Virus record (IMG/VR): IMGVR_UViG_3300045988_161245
Span: 148,685 to 212,684 of that record
Strand: one strand, 5' to 3'
Source of the DNA: a virus
DNA: 64,000 bases
Under the pieces are notes generated by a model. The model was not told the DNA's origin, did no database searches, and worked only from the letters and a program-made list of their open reading frames with translations. This document shows positions 1 to 9,564 of the stretch, one piece after another (within the stretch, counting starts at the first letter, position 1; the number at the start of each line of letters is the position of its first letter). The translations under genes and the position numbers were made by a program.

Positions 1-35
1 GTGAAATTTCCTATGATCCATTTTATGTAACAGTC

Positions 36-854
36 ATGTCTGAGGACGAAAAAGCAATTGTAGATCTCTTTAATAATGCAAAATCTATTATTGTTATGGA
101 TCAGTATGGACTGGTAATCAAGTCCGTATCCAATTATTGTGGCGTTGAATCTTCTACTATAAAATATAACTTTTATCTGGATGAAGAGAACAACATGAAA
201 CCTGTAATTACCGTTCGTCTCAAGGCTGTTGATCTCAATGAAAAAATCAAATCTATTGAAGCTGCTATGGGTGAAGATACTGTTGACGAATCAAGTATGT
301 CTCTTGAAGAGTACAGAGCATACAAAATTAAACAGTATGGTGTAGAATGCCAGGACAAAATTTATGCAGGTACTGATGTAGAGACAAGTTATGGAACAGA
401 GCACTTTTCTGCCACAGGTGATGATCAGGCAAATATTAAAACTTTATCTGATGTTGCCATGGCAACAAAGGTATCTCTTCCATATCATGCAGATGGCTCA
501 CAGTGCAAAGTATATACCTATCAGGATATTATTAAAATTTACTGTGAGATTCAGAAACTCATTCTTGCAGAGACATCTTATTGTAATGCTTTGAATACAT
601 ATGTAAGAGGACTTAATACCAAAGAACAGATTGCAGCTGTTAAATATGGTCAGGAAATTACAGATCAGGCAATTAAGACTAATATGGATACCGTAATTGC
701 ACAGGGAAATGCTGTAATGGAAGGTATTGTAAAGCAGTATCTTGAAACTGCAGTACCAGAAACTAAGACAGATGTTAAGGACACAGAAAATACTACAGAT
801 GGTACAGATAATATAGAAGATGCAGCTACAGAAAAATCATCTAAAAAGGCGTGA
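36..854 (+). CDS. late-module protein, DUF4376-like region (tail-fibre associated?)
   Basis: 272-aa ORF directly upstream of a membrane protein and the endolysin. The segment EEYRAYKIKQYG..IYAG..TSYGTEHFSATGDDQANI resembles the DUF4376 region of phage tail-fibre proteins. Family call is from memory only. Confidence 0.4.
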   Translation: MSEDEKAIVDLFNNAKSIIVMDQYGLVIKSVSNYCGVESSTIKYNFYLDEENNMKPVITVRLKAVDLNEKIKSIEAAMGEDTVDESSMSLEEYRAYKIKQYGVECQDKIYAGTDVETSYGTEHFSATGDDQANIKTLSDVAMATKVSLPYHADGSQCKVYTYQDIIKIYCEIQKLILAETSYCNALNTYVRGLNTKEQIAAVKYGQEITDQAIKTNMDTVIAQGNAVMEGIVKQYLETAVPETKTDVKDTENTTDGTDNIEDAATEKSSKKA

Positions 855-859
855 TATAA

Positions 860-1291
860 ATGAATAAATTAAAGCCATGGGCTAAATATTTATTTTTGTT
901 TTACATGGGTGGTTCTATCTATTACTACATAGAAGTCCTGTTCAGAGGATATAGCTATTTAAGTATGTTTATTCTTGGTGGAATATGTTTCATTTATTGT
1001 GGGTTGCAAAATGAAAAAACTTCATGGGATTATCCGTTTTGGAAGCAATTAGCAAAATCTGAAGCATTTGTACTAATAGCAGAATTTTTGACAGGATGTG
1101 TTTTAAACTTATGGCTCGGTCTTGGAATTTGGGATTATAGTAATCTTCCTGGAAATATTCTCGGACAGACTTCTTGGCAGTTTGCATTACTCTTTTTGCC
1201 GGTATGTGCATTTGGAATTATCTTGGACGATTATCTAAGGTACTGGTTCTTTAATGAAGATGAACCACATTACAATTTTAAGCTTAAATAA
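860..1291 (+). CDS. multi-pass membrane protein (holin candidate; PF06541/DUF1113-like)
   Basis: 143-aa ORF starting 6 nt after the previous stop. Has about 4 hydrophobic segments and sits in the lysis neighbourhood, followed by a terminator. Confidence 0.45.
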   Translation: MNKLKPWAKYLFLFYMGGSIYYYIEVLFRGYSYLSMFILGGICFIYCGLQNEKTSWDYPFWKQLAKSEAFVLIAEFLTGCVLNLWLGLGIWDYSNLPGNILGQTSWQFALLFLPVCAFGIILDDYLRYWFFNEDEPHYNFKLK

Positions 1292-1298
1292 TCAATAG

Positions 1299-1326
1299 GG
1301 GTGGTATTATACCACCCTTTATTTTT
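1299..1326. terminator. bidirectional rho-independent terminator
   Basis: 7-bp GC-rich stem GGGTGGT/ACCACCC with a 5-nt loop, followed by a T-run on plus and an A-run upstream. Lies between convergent ORFs 860-1291(+) and 1325-1504(-). Confidence 0.6.
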
Positions 1327-1504
1327 ATTCTTTTTTGTAATCAAGCATGTATGTAATTATTTCACCTATTGACATTTTATCAACTTGATCAGAAGTAATA
1401 AGATCATGTCCGGATTCAATTAACCCACGGATGTAATCGAATGCATGTAAATGTTGTATATATTCTCTCGCCTGAGAAATCGTAGTCATTCTCATATTTT
1501 TCAT
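1325..1504 (-). CDS. small hypothetical protein (59 aa)
   Basis: Hand-translated minus-strand ORF MKNMRMTTISQAREYIQHLHAFDYIRGLIESGHDLITSDQVDKMSIGEIITYMLDYKKE. It falls below the ORF-track cutoff and its RBS is weak. Confidence 0.35.
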   Translation of the reverse strand: MKNMRMTTISQAREYIQHLHAFDYIRGLIESGHDLITSDQVDKMSIGEIITYMLDYKKE

Positions 1505-1531
1505 CTCAAATATTAAAATCTTAACTCCCTC

Positions 1532-1684
1532 TTAATTTTTATGTTTAAGTATAAAATTATTAATATCTGAGATACAGTCTGTATTCACTTCATCTTCTAT
1601 AAAACTTTCATAATGATCAAGTCTTAGGCAAATCAATTTAACATAATTCTTGATTTCAAATTTTTCTTTCATATCAGTTGCCAT
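1532..1684 (-). CDS. small hypothetical protein (50 aa)
   Basis: Hand-translated ORF MATDMKEKFEIKNYVKLICLRLDHYESFIEDEVNTDCISDINNFILKHKN, in tandem with ORF 1325-1504. Confidence 0.3.
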   Translation of the reverse strand: MATDMKEKFEIKNYVKLICLRLDHYESFIEDEVNTDCISDINNFILKHKN

Positions 1685-1818
1685 TTTTTTATTACCATCC
1701 TTTTCTATTTTTTTTAAATTATACCAATTTTAATTAAATATTTCACTGGAAATATATGGTAATTGATCACTTCTAAAAGTTAACTCTAAATTCAATTCTA
1801 AGAAAGGAGTCACATCTT

Positions 1819-2838
1819 ATGACAAAGACAGAAAAAGCTACTCAGTGGATGGAAGCAACAGCTCGAAACGATGCACATGGATATGATCAGACTTTTCGTT
1901 GGAACGAAAAAGGCGATTATGACTGCTCTTCTGCTGTTTACACTGCATGGGTCAATGCAGGTATTCCTGTAAAAGATTATTCATTTAAAACTTATGGCTG
2001 TGCTTATACTGGTGTTATGAAAGCAGTATTTACACATTTTAAATTTAAGGATGTAACCTCTAAAGTAAATCTTGCAACAGGAGCAGGTTTACAGCGTGGA
2101 GATATTTTACTTAATGAAAAACGTCATGTTGCAATGTATTGTGGTAATGGACTTGAAGTTGAAGCATCTATCAATGAAAATGGTAGAGCTACTGGAGGTA
2201 AACCTGGGGACCAGACTGGACGTGAATTCTTAATTCGCTCTTATAGAAATTATCCATGGAATGTTGTTCTCAGATATACTGAAGCAGCTGATGGTAATCC
2301 GCCTGTAACTACAAAAAATTATCTTGCTATGGGTGATAAAGGTGATGCAGTAAAAACAATGCAGACAATGCTTATTAAACTTGGTTATTCATGTGGAAAA
2401 TATGGTGCTGATGGAGATTTTGGATCAGGATCATTAGCATCTGTAAAAGCGTTTCAGCGTGATAATGGACTTGTTGCAGACGGTCTTTATGGTGAGGCTA
2501 CAAAAGCTAAACTTACAACCTTATATAATGCTAAAATTAAAGCAGAATCGGCTCCAAAACCAAGTTCAAAGCCATCTATTGCATCATCTTCTAAAGTTGC
2601 TTCTGCACAGTCCTTTAATAAATCAATTGCTGGTACTTACAAGGTTAAAGCATCTAATGGTCTTAATCTTCGTTATAAACCAGGAGATACATCCAATTCA
2701 AATCTTATCATTACAATCCCTAATGGAAAATCTGTTGCAAATTATGGATACTACACTACCGTCAATGGAGTCAAGTGGTATCTTGTTACATACAAAGATA
2801 CACCTGGATTTGTTTCCAGTAGGTATCTTGTTAAATGA
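1819..2838 (+). CDS. endolysin: NlpC/P60-type cell-wall hydrolase + PG_binding_1 + SH3-like domain
   Basis: RBS AAGGAG lies upstream. The N-terminus carries DYDCSSAVYTAW (catalytic Cys) and KRHVAMYCG (His). The middle has the PG_binding_1 signature GDKGDAVKTMQTMLIKLGY..DGDFGSGSLASVKAFQRDNGLVADGLYG. The C-terminus GLNLRYKPG..VKWYLVTY is SH3b-like. Confidence 0.85.
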   Translation: MTKTEKATQWMEATARNDAHGYDQTFRWNEKGDYDCSSAVYTAWVNAGIPVKDYSFKTYGCAYTGVMKAVFTHFKFKDVTSKVNLATGAGLQRGDILLNEKRHVAMYCGNGLEVEASINENGRATGGKPGDQTGREFLIRSYRNYPWNVVLRYTEAADGNPPVTTKNYLAMGDKGDAVKTMQTMLIKLGYSCGKYGADGDFGSGSLASVKAFQRDNGLVADGLYGEATKAKLTTLYNAKIKAESAPKPSSKPSIASSSKVASAQSFNKSIAGTYKVKASNGLNLRYKPGDTSNSNLIITIPNGKSVANYGYYTTVNGVKWYLVTYKDTPGFVSSRYLVK

Positions 2839-2885
2839 TAGTACAGCACACAATGAATAAAGGGAGTGAGGATAAGGTGATTTAA

Positions 2886-3464
2886 ATGGATAAGTTTGGT
2901 GGGATTAAAGAGAATGTAGAAGTTGTACGCAGTTTTGATTGGTGGACCGTTGTAATTGGAGTTTTGATTGCAATAGGTATTGTAATGCTATGCGTAAAAA
3001 TTAAAGACTTCGTTGTTTCTACATTTGGAATTACTACAAAATCTGCTTTAGCTAAACAGGCACAAGAGGAACGTATCAAAGACTTGAATAATCAAATTAT
3101 AGATTTACAGAAAGAAATTCAACAGTTTAAGGATAATAGAACCCATGATAGAGAGCAGTCATTTGATATACAGAAACAATTAACTGACAGTCAGACTTTG
3201 CTACAAAATTCTGTCGAGAATTTAAGAAAAATGTTAGTTAACAAAGAGATTAATGACATGCGTTGGGAAATTCTTGACTTTTCAAATGCCGTTATGAACG
3301 GTAGAGTATATAATAAAGAGATATATGATCATATTTTTGACACATACACAGAATATGAACGAGTATTGGAAGAAAACGGTCTTGAAAATGGTAAGGTTGA
3401 TTCTTCAATGCAATTTGTTCGTAATAAATATCTTGAGCTAATGGAAAAAGGCTTTAAGCAGTAA
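2886..3464 (+). CDS. membrane-anchored coiled-coil protein (lysis accessory?)
   Basis: 192-aa ORF with one N-terminal TM segment (WWTVVIGVLIAIGIVMLCV) followed by a heptad-rich region. It is the last plus-strand gene before the convergent terminator. Confidence 0.5.
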   Translation: MDKFGGIKENVEVVRSFDWWTVVIGVLIAIGIVMLCVKIKDFVVSTFGITTKSALAKQAQEERIKDLNNQIIDLQKEIQQFKDNRTHDREQSFDIQKQLTDSQTLLQNSVENLRKMLVNKEINDMRWEILDFSNAVMNGRVYNKEIYDHIFDTYTEYERVLEENGLENGKVDSSMQFVRNKYLELMEKGFKQ

Positions 3465-3474
3465 TTATACATAT

Positions 3475-3517
3475 GGGGTAATAAGTTGTTATTATACAGC
3501 TTACTACCCCATTTTTT
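3475..3517. terminator. bidirectional terminator at the convergence point
   Basis: Stem GGGGTAATAAG / CTTACTACCCC (one mismatch) followed by TTTTTT. Lies between the plus gene ending at 3464 and the minus gene ending at 3525. Confidence 0.65.
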
Positions 3518-3524
3518 CGCGTTT

Positions 3525-3743
3525 TTATTTACATGATATATTATATATTGGAACAAATACCTGATCATTGATTTCGAGCCGTTTTGGATAATTATTGATG
3601 AGTGCATCATATATTTGAATTGCCATTTTTTCTGTTATCACAGTATCTTTTTTGATTGGAATTTTCTGGATAAGATTTTTCATAATTATTCTGGCATTTT
3701 CATTTTCATATATATATTCGTCTGCAGGTATTGGATTAATCAT
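3525..3743 (-). CDS. hypothetical protein
   Basis: 72-aa ORF with RBS GGAGG upstream (plus-strand CCTCC at 3752-3756). Confidence 0.45.
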   Translation of the reverse strand: MINPIPADEYIYENENARIIMKNLIQKIPIKKDTVITEKMAIQIYDALINNYPKRLEINDQVFVPIYNISCK

Positions 3744-3765
3744 AATATCGACCTCCTATTGTAAA

Positions 3766-3842
3766 TAATCGAACAATTGTTTGTTAAATGTTATTGTATA
3801 GAATATACGTTCGATTGTCAAGGCTTTATGTCGAATTGTTGC
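3766..3842 (-). promoter_or_regulatory. three TCGA(N0-2)ATTGT boxes upstream of ORF 3525-3743 (possible operator/promoter)
   Basis: tcgaacaattgt (3769-3780), tcgattgt (3811-3818) and tcgaattgt (3831-3839) in an AT-rich intergenic stretch. Confidence 0.25.
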
Positions 3843-4414
3843 AATTTATTTACCATGATTTTTCTATACTTCTGCTGCTATGTATGGTATTATCATATTT
3901 GTAACTAACATTTCAATTTTAATAAGACTCCAGCACGATTTAAATTGGCCTGCGTGCTGGAGTCTTGTATATGTAAAATTTACTCATTCCGCAACTTGAA
4001 TAGTCCTTATAATAATCAGAACTTAAAAGTACAAATTCCATACTTTTCTCCTAATAAAGTAAAAACCTCTGATATTTGCAAAGAAGAAGATTTTTTCAAA
4101 CCTAATATTGCAAAAATGCGTGATTATCTATATAATAAATATAGAAATCCAAAAACTTCTTGACAAACAAGATAAAAAGTTATATACTACAATATATAAA
4201 AAATTAGAGAAAACTAAATAAAGTGCTTTTTGGATATAGGAGCAAATGAGCCAGCCTATATTTGGAAAGAACACTTTCAAAAAGGACACCTCGTAGGATG
4301 TCCTTTTTGTATTGTTTTTATATTAAACTATATAACAAAGCCCAGCGATCCACACGGACAACTGGGCTTTTATTGTTACTATTCCTCATCATATTCCAGA
4401 CTCATATTTTCCTC

Positions 4415-4672
4415 TTATTCTTTTATAAATGTTGTCATAATAGATGCTGTATACCCTGATTCATCACCGTTACATTCCTGAATAATATATGTACCAAGCT
4501 TATATTTGTCTGAGAGAGCTTGTATTGCTTCATTTACTGTTTTAAATGCTCCAAGAATTTTCTTATTTTTCAGTGCTATAAAGGATTTTCCATATTTATT
4601 ATATAGATCCTGGTATATACTTACAAAATATTTGAAATCATTTAATCTGTCTTGTTCTGTATATGTGTCCAT
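4415..4672 (-). CDS. hypothetical protein
   Basis: 85-aa ORF with RBS GGAGGG (plus CCCTCC at 4680-4685). A hairpin with a T-run lies downstream at 4339-4372. Confidence 0.5.
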   Translation of the reverse strand: MDTYTEQDRLNDFKYFVSIYQDLYNKYGKSFIALKNKKILGAFKTVNEAIQALSDKYKLGTYIIQECNGDESGYTASIMTTFIKE

Positions 4673-4801
4673 ATTGTCAACCCTCCAATCTGTTCTTTTC
4701 TACTAATATATTACTATATTTTGCTGTATATTTCTATGTACAATGTGGTCTAATGACCATAATAAAAGCCCAGGCATTCACCCAGGCTTTATAGTGTGTT
4801 A

Positions 4802-5074
4802 TTATTCTACCGTTGGCTTCGGCATTGACATAAGCTCCTTCAGTTCTTCAATTGTGTAACCGTTGGAATCCATGAGATCCGCAAGAGCTGTAAGCTGCGC
4901 TGCACGTTCGGCTTTAGATTTCTGGGCTTTTAAAATAGTAAGTTCTTTATCAATAGTCTTTTTCTGTTCTGATAATGCATTAATCTTCTCAGTTAATTTT
5001 TTAATTTCTTCATCAATTTTTGTAAGTTTTGAATTAAGCACTTCTTCTTTTGTTCGTCTTGTTCTTGCTGCCAT
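4802..5074 (-). CDS. coiled-coil protein, DUF4315-like
   Basis: The start was moved to MAARTRRTKEE because RBS AGGAGG lies 8 nt upstream. A single long heptad helix is followed by LADLMDSNGYTIEELKELM, a pattern recalled from DUF4315 proteins of Firmicute mobile elements. Confidence 0.5.
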   Translation of the reverse strand: MAARTRRTKEEVLNSKLTKIDEEIKKLTEKINALSEQKKTIDKELTILKAQKSKAERAAQLTALADLMDSNGYTIEELKELMSMPKPTVE

Positions 5075-5150
5075 AATAAAATTCCTCCTATTGGATAATT
5101 TTATAATTATACTACTCCATAACAACTAAAGTTTCAAGATAATTTTGAAA

Positions 5151-5963
5151 TTAATGGCATATTTTTAAATAATAATATATGGCACTCATTGTATAAAAAT
5201 TTTTTCTATTGTCATATACCATTGAGTCTATTTCTCTACCGCAAAAATTTATTCCATGTTTTTTATAAAAACTAATTATGTTACTTCTTAATCCCCAATT
5301 TTCTTTTCTAATCGACAAATAATCAATACCAATATCTTTTATGTCTTGTTTATAATATCTGTCAATTGCGTATTCAACTATTTTATCAAGCATTTCATTT
5401 GTGTTATATTCTACATCAGAGTTAAGATTCATCATTTCTAGTGGAGATAATTTTTCTCTTACTCTTCCATAACCAATATAACGTATTTCACTATTATGCA
5501 ATTTGCACTTGTGTATAGGACATATCGGTAACATTCGTATTTGATGTATATTATGCCAATATGCTTCTCCATATTTTTTACGATCCTCAATAATACACAT
5601 TGGACAATATTTCAATTGTCTATTTTCGCTACGTGGTCTTCTTATATTAAGCTCTGTTTTATAGCAGTCCGTTTTTAAATTATAAAGGAATTCATTAGTA
5701 TAGTCATTTGAACAATATCCTGTATAAACATAAAACATTGTATGATGTTTTAACAGATTTTCTATTGATATAACTTTCTCAATATTATTTTCGGTATCTT
5801 TATTAATATTTCCAATAAATAATTTACTAATAACATTTGTACTGTTTACAAATAGTTCTTTTGCAATCTCATGCTCTCTCCATATACCGCTATTTACAAG
5901 ATATCTACAGAACCAGCTGTAAACTGTTTCGTCATCATAGATGCTAGGAAGTCTGTTTGTCAT
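5151..5963 (-). CDS. tniQ: TniQ/TnsD-family target-selector protein
   Basis: N-terminus LPSIYDDETVYSWFCRY and zinc ribbon CPMCIIEDRKKYGEAYWHNIHQIRMLPICPIHKC are typical of TniQ. The gene overlaps the tnsC stop by 4 nt. Confidence 0.75.
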   Translation of the reverse strand: MTNRLPSIYDDETVYSWFCRYLVNSGIWREHEIAKELFVNSTNVISKLFIGNINKDTENNIEKVISIENLLKHHTMFYVYTGYCSNDYTNEFLYNLKTDCYKTELNIRRPRSENRQLKYCPMCIIEDRKKYGEAYWHNIHQIRMLPICPIHKCKLHNSEIRYIGYGRVREKLSPLEMMNLNSDVEYNTNEMLDKIVEYAIDRYYKQDIKDIGIDYLSIRKENWGLRSNIISFYKKHGINFCGREIDSMVYDNRKNFYTMSAIYYYLKICH

Positions 5964-7195
5964 ATTTTTATTTCCTCCACTATAATTGATTGTTTAAGCA
6001 GTTTTATAAAATCAATATTTTTTTCCTTAGATATTTTCAATATCGCTTCAATGTTATTAAACTCTTTTATTACGCAATCTTGTGTGATATTATTTGTTCT
6101 ATTAGATACTATGTGTTTATTTTTCTTTTTATCGACTTTGTTAATGCTTGGTTGTATAAATTTGTGATACATTTCAATCCTATTTTGGTATGCTTCATTC
6201 AATATATTAATATTAATCTTGCTAACTCCTGACATTATAGCAATTTCCTGAGCATCGTGTAATAATGATATTACAATTGAAATGTTACCGCAGGAATGGT
6301 CATATATCCATTTATAAAACTCTTCATTTATTGTTGCATTTTTTATAGTATATCGATATCTAAATAATATATTGCATATGTTTTTAAAGTACTCATCATA
6401 AGAAAGTGCTGTATATTTAAGCCCCATAGTTCTTCTTGCAAGATGTTCGGCACCCTCGAAAAACAATACACTTTCCGGAGTACCAACCATACAAATACTT
6501 ATTCCGCTATTGTTGATAAGCTGTGTAAGAAATCCTATTATATTTTTACCGTTTTTTGAGTTTGCAACATTTTGTATCTCATCAATGATAAGAACACCTA
6601 TATTATTTATTGCTATTGTACTTATTTGGCTTATGAGGGCATCTGTAGTACATTTATCAATAATTTTCCCATTTAAATATTGTGTTTTAAGCATACTGTT
6701 TATCTTCATCAAAATTTCGATCGCAAGACCTTTTACAGATGAATCAAATGGACATTGTACAGTTACAAATGGAATTATATCTGAGAATAAATTGCAATCA
6801 AATTTACAATTTTCAACAATAACATCTACTGCCCTGTTAACGGCTGTACTTTTACCAATACCTGAACTCCCTATTATTGTAAATGAATCAGATCCGCCAA
6901 TTATACTATTAGAGTTTCCTGTTAAAAATCTTTTGTAATTTTCGTATCTTTGCTGTGATGCCAATTTTGAACTCTTCTTTTTTAGTGAGTGATATAAAGA
7001 CAAATATAATTTGTTATAAATCTCTATGGACATTTTAGATGGAATATAAATATCATATAGATTTGATAAAGCAATCAGTTTCTCTCCAATGTCCATATTT
7101 TTACTATTTTCATCATATTTTGGAACAACAGACAATGCTTTTACAAGTCCATCTCCTGATAACATTTTTGGTAATATTTTTGTATAATCATCCAT
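5960..7195 (-). CDS. tnsC: TnsC/TniB-like AAA+ transposition ATPase
   Basis: Walker A GSSGIGKST and Walker B LIIDEIQ. The gene sits between the DDE transposase and tniQ and overlaps both neighbours. Confidence 0.8.
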   Translation of the reverse strand: MDDYTKILPKMLSGDGLVKALSVVPKYDENSKNMDIGEKLIALSNLYDIYIPSKMSIEIYNKLYLSLYHSLKKKSSKLASQQRYENYKRFLTGNSNSIIGGSDSFTIIGSSGIGKSTAVNRAVDVIVENCKFDCNLFSDIIPFVTVQCPFDSSVKGLAIEILMKINSMLKTQYLNGKIIDKCTTDALISQISTIAINNIGVLIIDEIQNVANSKNGKNIIGFLTQLINNSGISICMVGTPESVLFFEGAEHLARRTMGLKYTALSYDEYFKNICNILFRYRYTIKNATINEEFYKWIYDHSCGNISIVISLLHDAQEIAIMSGVSKININILNEAYQNRIEMYHKFIQPSINKVDKKKNKHIVSNRTNNITQDCVIKEFNNIEAILKISKEKNIDFIKLLKQSIIVEEIKI

Positions 7196-9041
7196 TTAAG
7201 ATATCCTCCGTGAAATCAATATGATATTTTCTTTTAGCTCTATTTTTAACAGATGTAGTATATTTTGTATTTAATTTTTGAGGATATTGTACATTAGCTA
7301 CTATCTCTTCCAAAGAATTTGCCAAGTCAATTTGCGCCTGAGTGTTGCTATTACAATGACTATTTACGAGTTTTCGATGCTCTTTTTCGATCAATTCTAC
7401 ATCAGTTAACTCTTTTCCATTATACCTACTTTCAATCAATTTAAACTGTATATAACACCCATTTTCTATAAGCCATACATAGCTTACATTATCTGGATTA
7501 TAAGCAACTGTTACTTCTCCACCAACCAAATATTTTTCAATATAATTCTCATTTTTGTACCTCATTTTATTTACTTTAAGCCCAAATCTACTAAATACAC
7601 CGATGGTTCTTGGAAGTAATGTGAGCATAATTTGTTTTAATGTTACCGGTATTAAGTTAGCTCCTGGAAGTAATTTGTTATATTCAAAAATTCTATTCGC
7701 ATATGGCTCAATATTGTTTTTTATCATATCTTCTGTATAAGGAAAATTCTTTAATATACGCTGCGAATTATAATATACAATGCACTTTACTATGATTTTT
7801 TCAAAAACTTCCATTGTCAAACAAGCATCTTTTCTATAATCATGTACGCCTCTTTCAAGAAAATCAGGTTCAACTATACCTTTATTTTTTAAATAAGGTT
7901 TGTATGTTTCTTGAATTATATTAAAAAATTTTTCTACAACGCCTTTTAATTCAGGACGATATGGTGGCAAATTTTTTAGTGCAACTCCAAGCTCAGTTAT
8001 TTGTTCGAAATTTTCAGATACATATTCTTTTCCCATGTCAGTAACAAATGTCCCTGGGATTTCAGATATGTTCCACTGATCATCGTTTATGAATATACCG
8101 AGTTCTTCACAATGTTTCTTTTTATTAGATACCATATTTTGCATGAGCACTTTTAAACTATAAATGCCACCTTCCCAAGTTAATGCATAGCCGTAACAAA
8201 AACTGCTATATGCGTCAATACAAACTGTTAATATAGGTCTTCCAACTAAGCTGTTTGTCTCATCTATGAGATATATGTCACACACCGTAGAGTCAAGTAA
8301 TCCGGTACCAACTGCCGGTGCAAATTCCTGTACTCCATCGCCTAACAATGGTCTTTTATTTCTTTGGTAATTACTTAAACCACCTCTTGAAATGTAAAAA
8401 GCTTGCATATTTTTTGTCTTACGATAAAAGTATCTGAACTGATAAAAAGATGGTATATTAGGTTGTAACCTTCCATCTATATCGCAATATTTTTCTTTTA
8501 ACATAAGCAAATAAGAAGACTTTAAACTATATCTGTTTGTGCTATAAAAATATTTATTTAAAGCCCATCTCATATTCTTTTCATCTTTAGTAAGTGACTT
8601 TTCTGTAATACTACTTTTTGGTACAAGTACACAAATATTTTGGAAAATAAGATACTTGTAAAAGTAGTTTCTAAGAGACTGTTTACTTATATTTCTTTCT
8701 TCACATATTTGATTTACCAATGAGGTACGCTTGTGTTTATCATCCATAAAGGAAAGTAATGGAGCAATCATATTGTACCGATCGTATGCTATCTTTTTAT
8801 TATGCTCTGAAGCTTCTGATATGTCGAATACAGGCTCCTTTGTCTCTTGTATAAGTAAATCCTCATCACACAAAATAGCGTCCTTAAAATCAATTTTATG
8901 CGCTGTATACGGCATTTTGGGATTTAAACAATCAATGATAAAAACTGATTGATCTGATTCTTTTAAAACTCTTGCTATTGTACCATTAAACTTATACAAT
9001 TCATTCTTCATTAATAACAATCCCCCAATCTGATATACCAT
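7188..9041 (-). CDS. tnsB: TnsB-like DDE (Mu/retroviral-integrase type) transposase
   Basis: 617 aa. Has an rve-type core (DSTVCDIYL.., CIDAYSS.., TDMGKEY) and a Mu-transposase-like C-terminal beta-barrel region. The gene order tnsA-tnsB-tnsC-tniQ supports the call. Confidence 0.8.
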   Translation of the reverse strand: MVYQIGGLLLMKNELYKFNGTIARVLKESDQSVFIIDCLNPKMPYTAHKIDFKDAILCDEDLLIQETKEPVFDISEASEHNKKIAYDRYNMIAPLLSFMDDKHKRTSLVNQICEERNISKQSLRNYFYKYLIFQNICVLVPKSSITEKSLTKDEKNMRWALNKYFYSTNRYSLKSSYLLMLKEKYCDIDGRLQPNIPSFYQFRYFYRKTKNMQAFYISRGGLSNYQRNKRPLLGDGVQEFAPAVGTGLLDSTVCDIYLIDETNSLVGRPILTVCIDAYSSFCYGYALTWEGGIYSLKVLMQNMVSNKKKHCEELGIFINDDQWNISEIPGTFVTDMGKEYVSENFEQITELGVALKNLPPYRPELKGVVEKFFNIIQETYKPYLKNKGIVEPDFLERGVHDYRKDACLTMEVFEKIIVKCIVYYNSQRILKNFPYTEDMIKNNIEPYANRIFEYNKLLPGANLIPVTLKQIMLTLLPRTIGVFSRFGLKVNKMRYKNENYIEKYLVGGEVTVAYNPDNVSYVWLIENGCYIQFKLIESRYNGKELTDVELIEKEHRKLVNSHCNSNTQAQIDLANSLEEIVANVQYPQKLNTKYTTSVKNRAKRKYHIDFTEDILNG

Positions 9042-9360
9042 GCGTTTTCCAGTACTCTCTGGATGCGTCTAGTAATCTAATAGTCATCGGTTTTTGTAAT
9101 AGTTTTCTTTCTATACATTCACGGACCATTAGGTCACCTGTATCTTTTACGCATACAAAGTCTGATGTGTAAGTTCTTTCTGGATACTTACTATCCTTAT
9201 ATCCATCAAGATCTACATTTACTCGTATACTGATTATGCTTTGATCTTTTTCTAGTTTCATTGCATAAGCATATTGAATCTTGCTGTAGGTTATGCATAC
9301 GCCATCACATTTGCATAAATATAATTTTGTTGCAGCTACTTTTGAATTTTTATTCCGCAT
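9001..9360 (-). CDS. tnsA: short TnsA-like endonuclease (N-terminal domain only)
   Basis: 119 aa, first gene of the module. Restriction-endonuclease-like YTSDFVCV..MVRECIERK resembles the TnsA D / ExK core. The protein is much shorter than Tn7 TnsA. Confidence 0.55.
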   Translation of the reverse strand: MRNKNSKVAATKLYLCKCDGVCITYSKIQYAYAMKLEKDQSIISIRVNVDLDGYKDSKYPERTYTSDFVCVKDTGDLMVRECIERKLLQKPMTIRLLDASREYWKTHGISDWGIVINEE

Positions 9361-9388
9361 TATTTTACCTCCTATTTTTGAAATGATT

Positions 9389-9557
9389 TTTCCTAAAAAC
9401 GGCTATTTTCTTGCTAAAAACGATTGATTTTTTCCTAAAAACGCATTTTTAGGGTTATTTTCGTTTTTAGCATTTCATTTTTAGGAAAAACAAAATACTC
9501 GCAAGCCCAGTAAAATCAATGGTTTGCGGATTTTCCTAAAAACGTTTCCTAAAAACG
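9389..9557. repeat. array of 13-bp TTTCCTAAAAACG repeats (5 direct, 3 inverted/degenerate): candidate TnsB binding sites
   Basis: Direct copies at 9389-9401, 9410-9422 (cttgctaaaaacg), 9431-9443, 9532-9544 and 9545-9557. Inverted copies at about 9443-9454, 9461-9471 and 9476-9490. Confidence 0.6.
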
Positions 9558-9564
9558 AGGTTAA

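Larger units (their letters stand above)
5151..9560 (-). mobile_element. Tn7-like transposition module (tnsABC-tniQ) plus tnsA-proximal repeat array; true ends unresolved
   Basis: Four co-linear overlapping tns genes with a cluster of 13-bp repeats directly upstream of tnsA. No matching inverted end was found to the left, so the boundaries are provisional. Confidence 0.7.

Noticed and set aside
3924-3966. Perfect 13-bp-stem hairpin (AGACTCCAGCACG...CGTGCTGGAGTCT), considered as the missing left end of the Tn7-like element
   Set aside because: It has no similarity to the tnsA-proximal repeats or to the 53-bp inverted repeats, and no TGT terminus. It is more likely a transcription terminator or RNA-stability hairpin within the cargo region, although it lacks a clear T-run.
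9389-9557. Possible CRISPR array, considered because of the short repeats next to a Tn7-like element (CAST-like idea)
   Set aside because: The repeats are only 13 bp, irregularly spaced, partly abutting and in both orientations. No cas12k or Cascade genes and no tracrRNA-like region are present. The repeats fit transposase-binding or operator boxes better.
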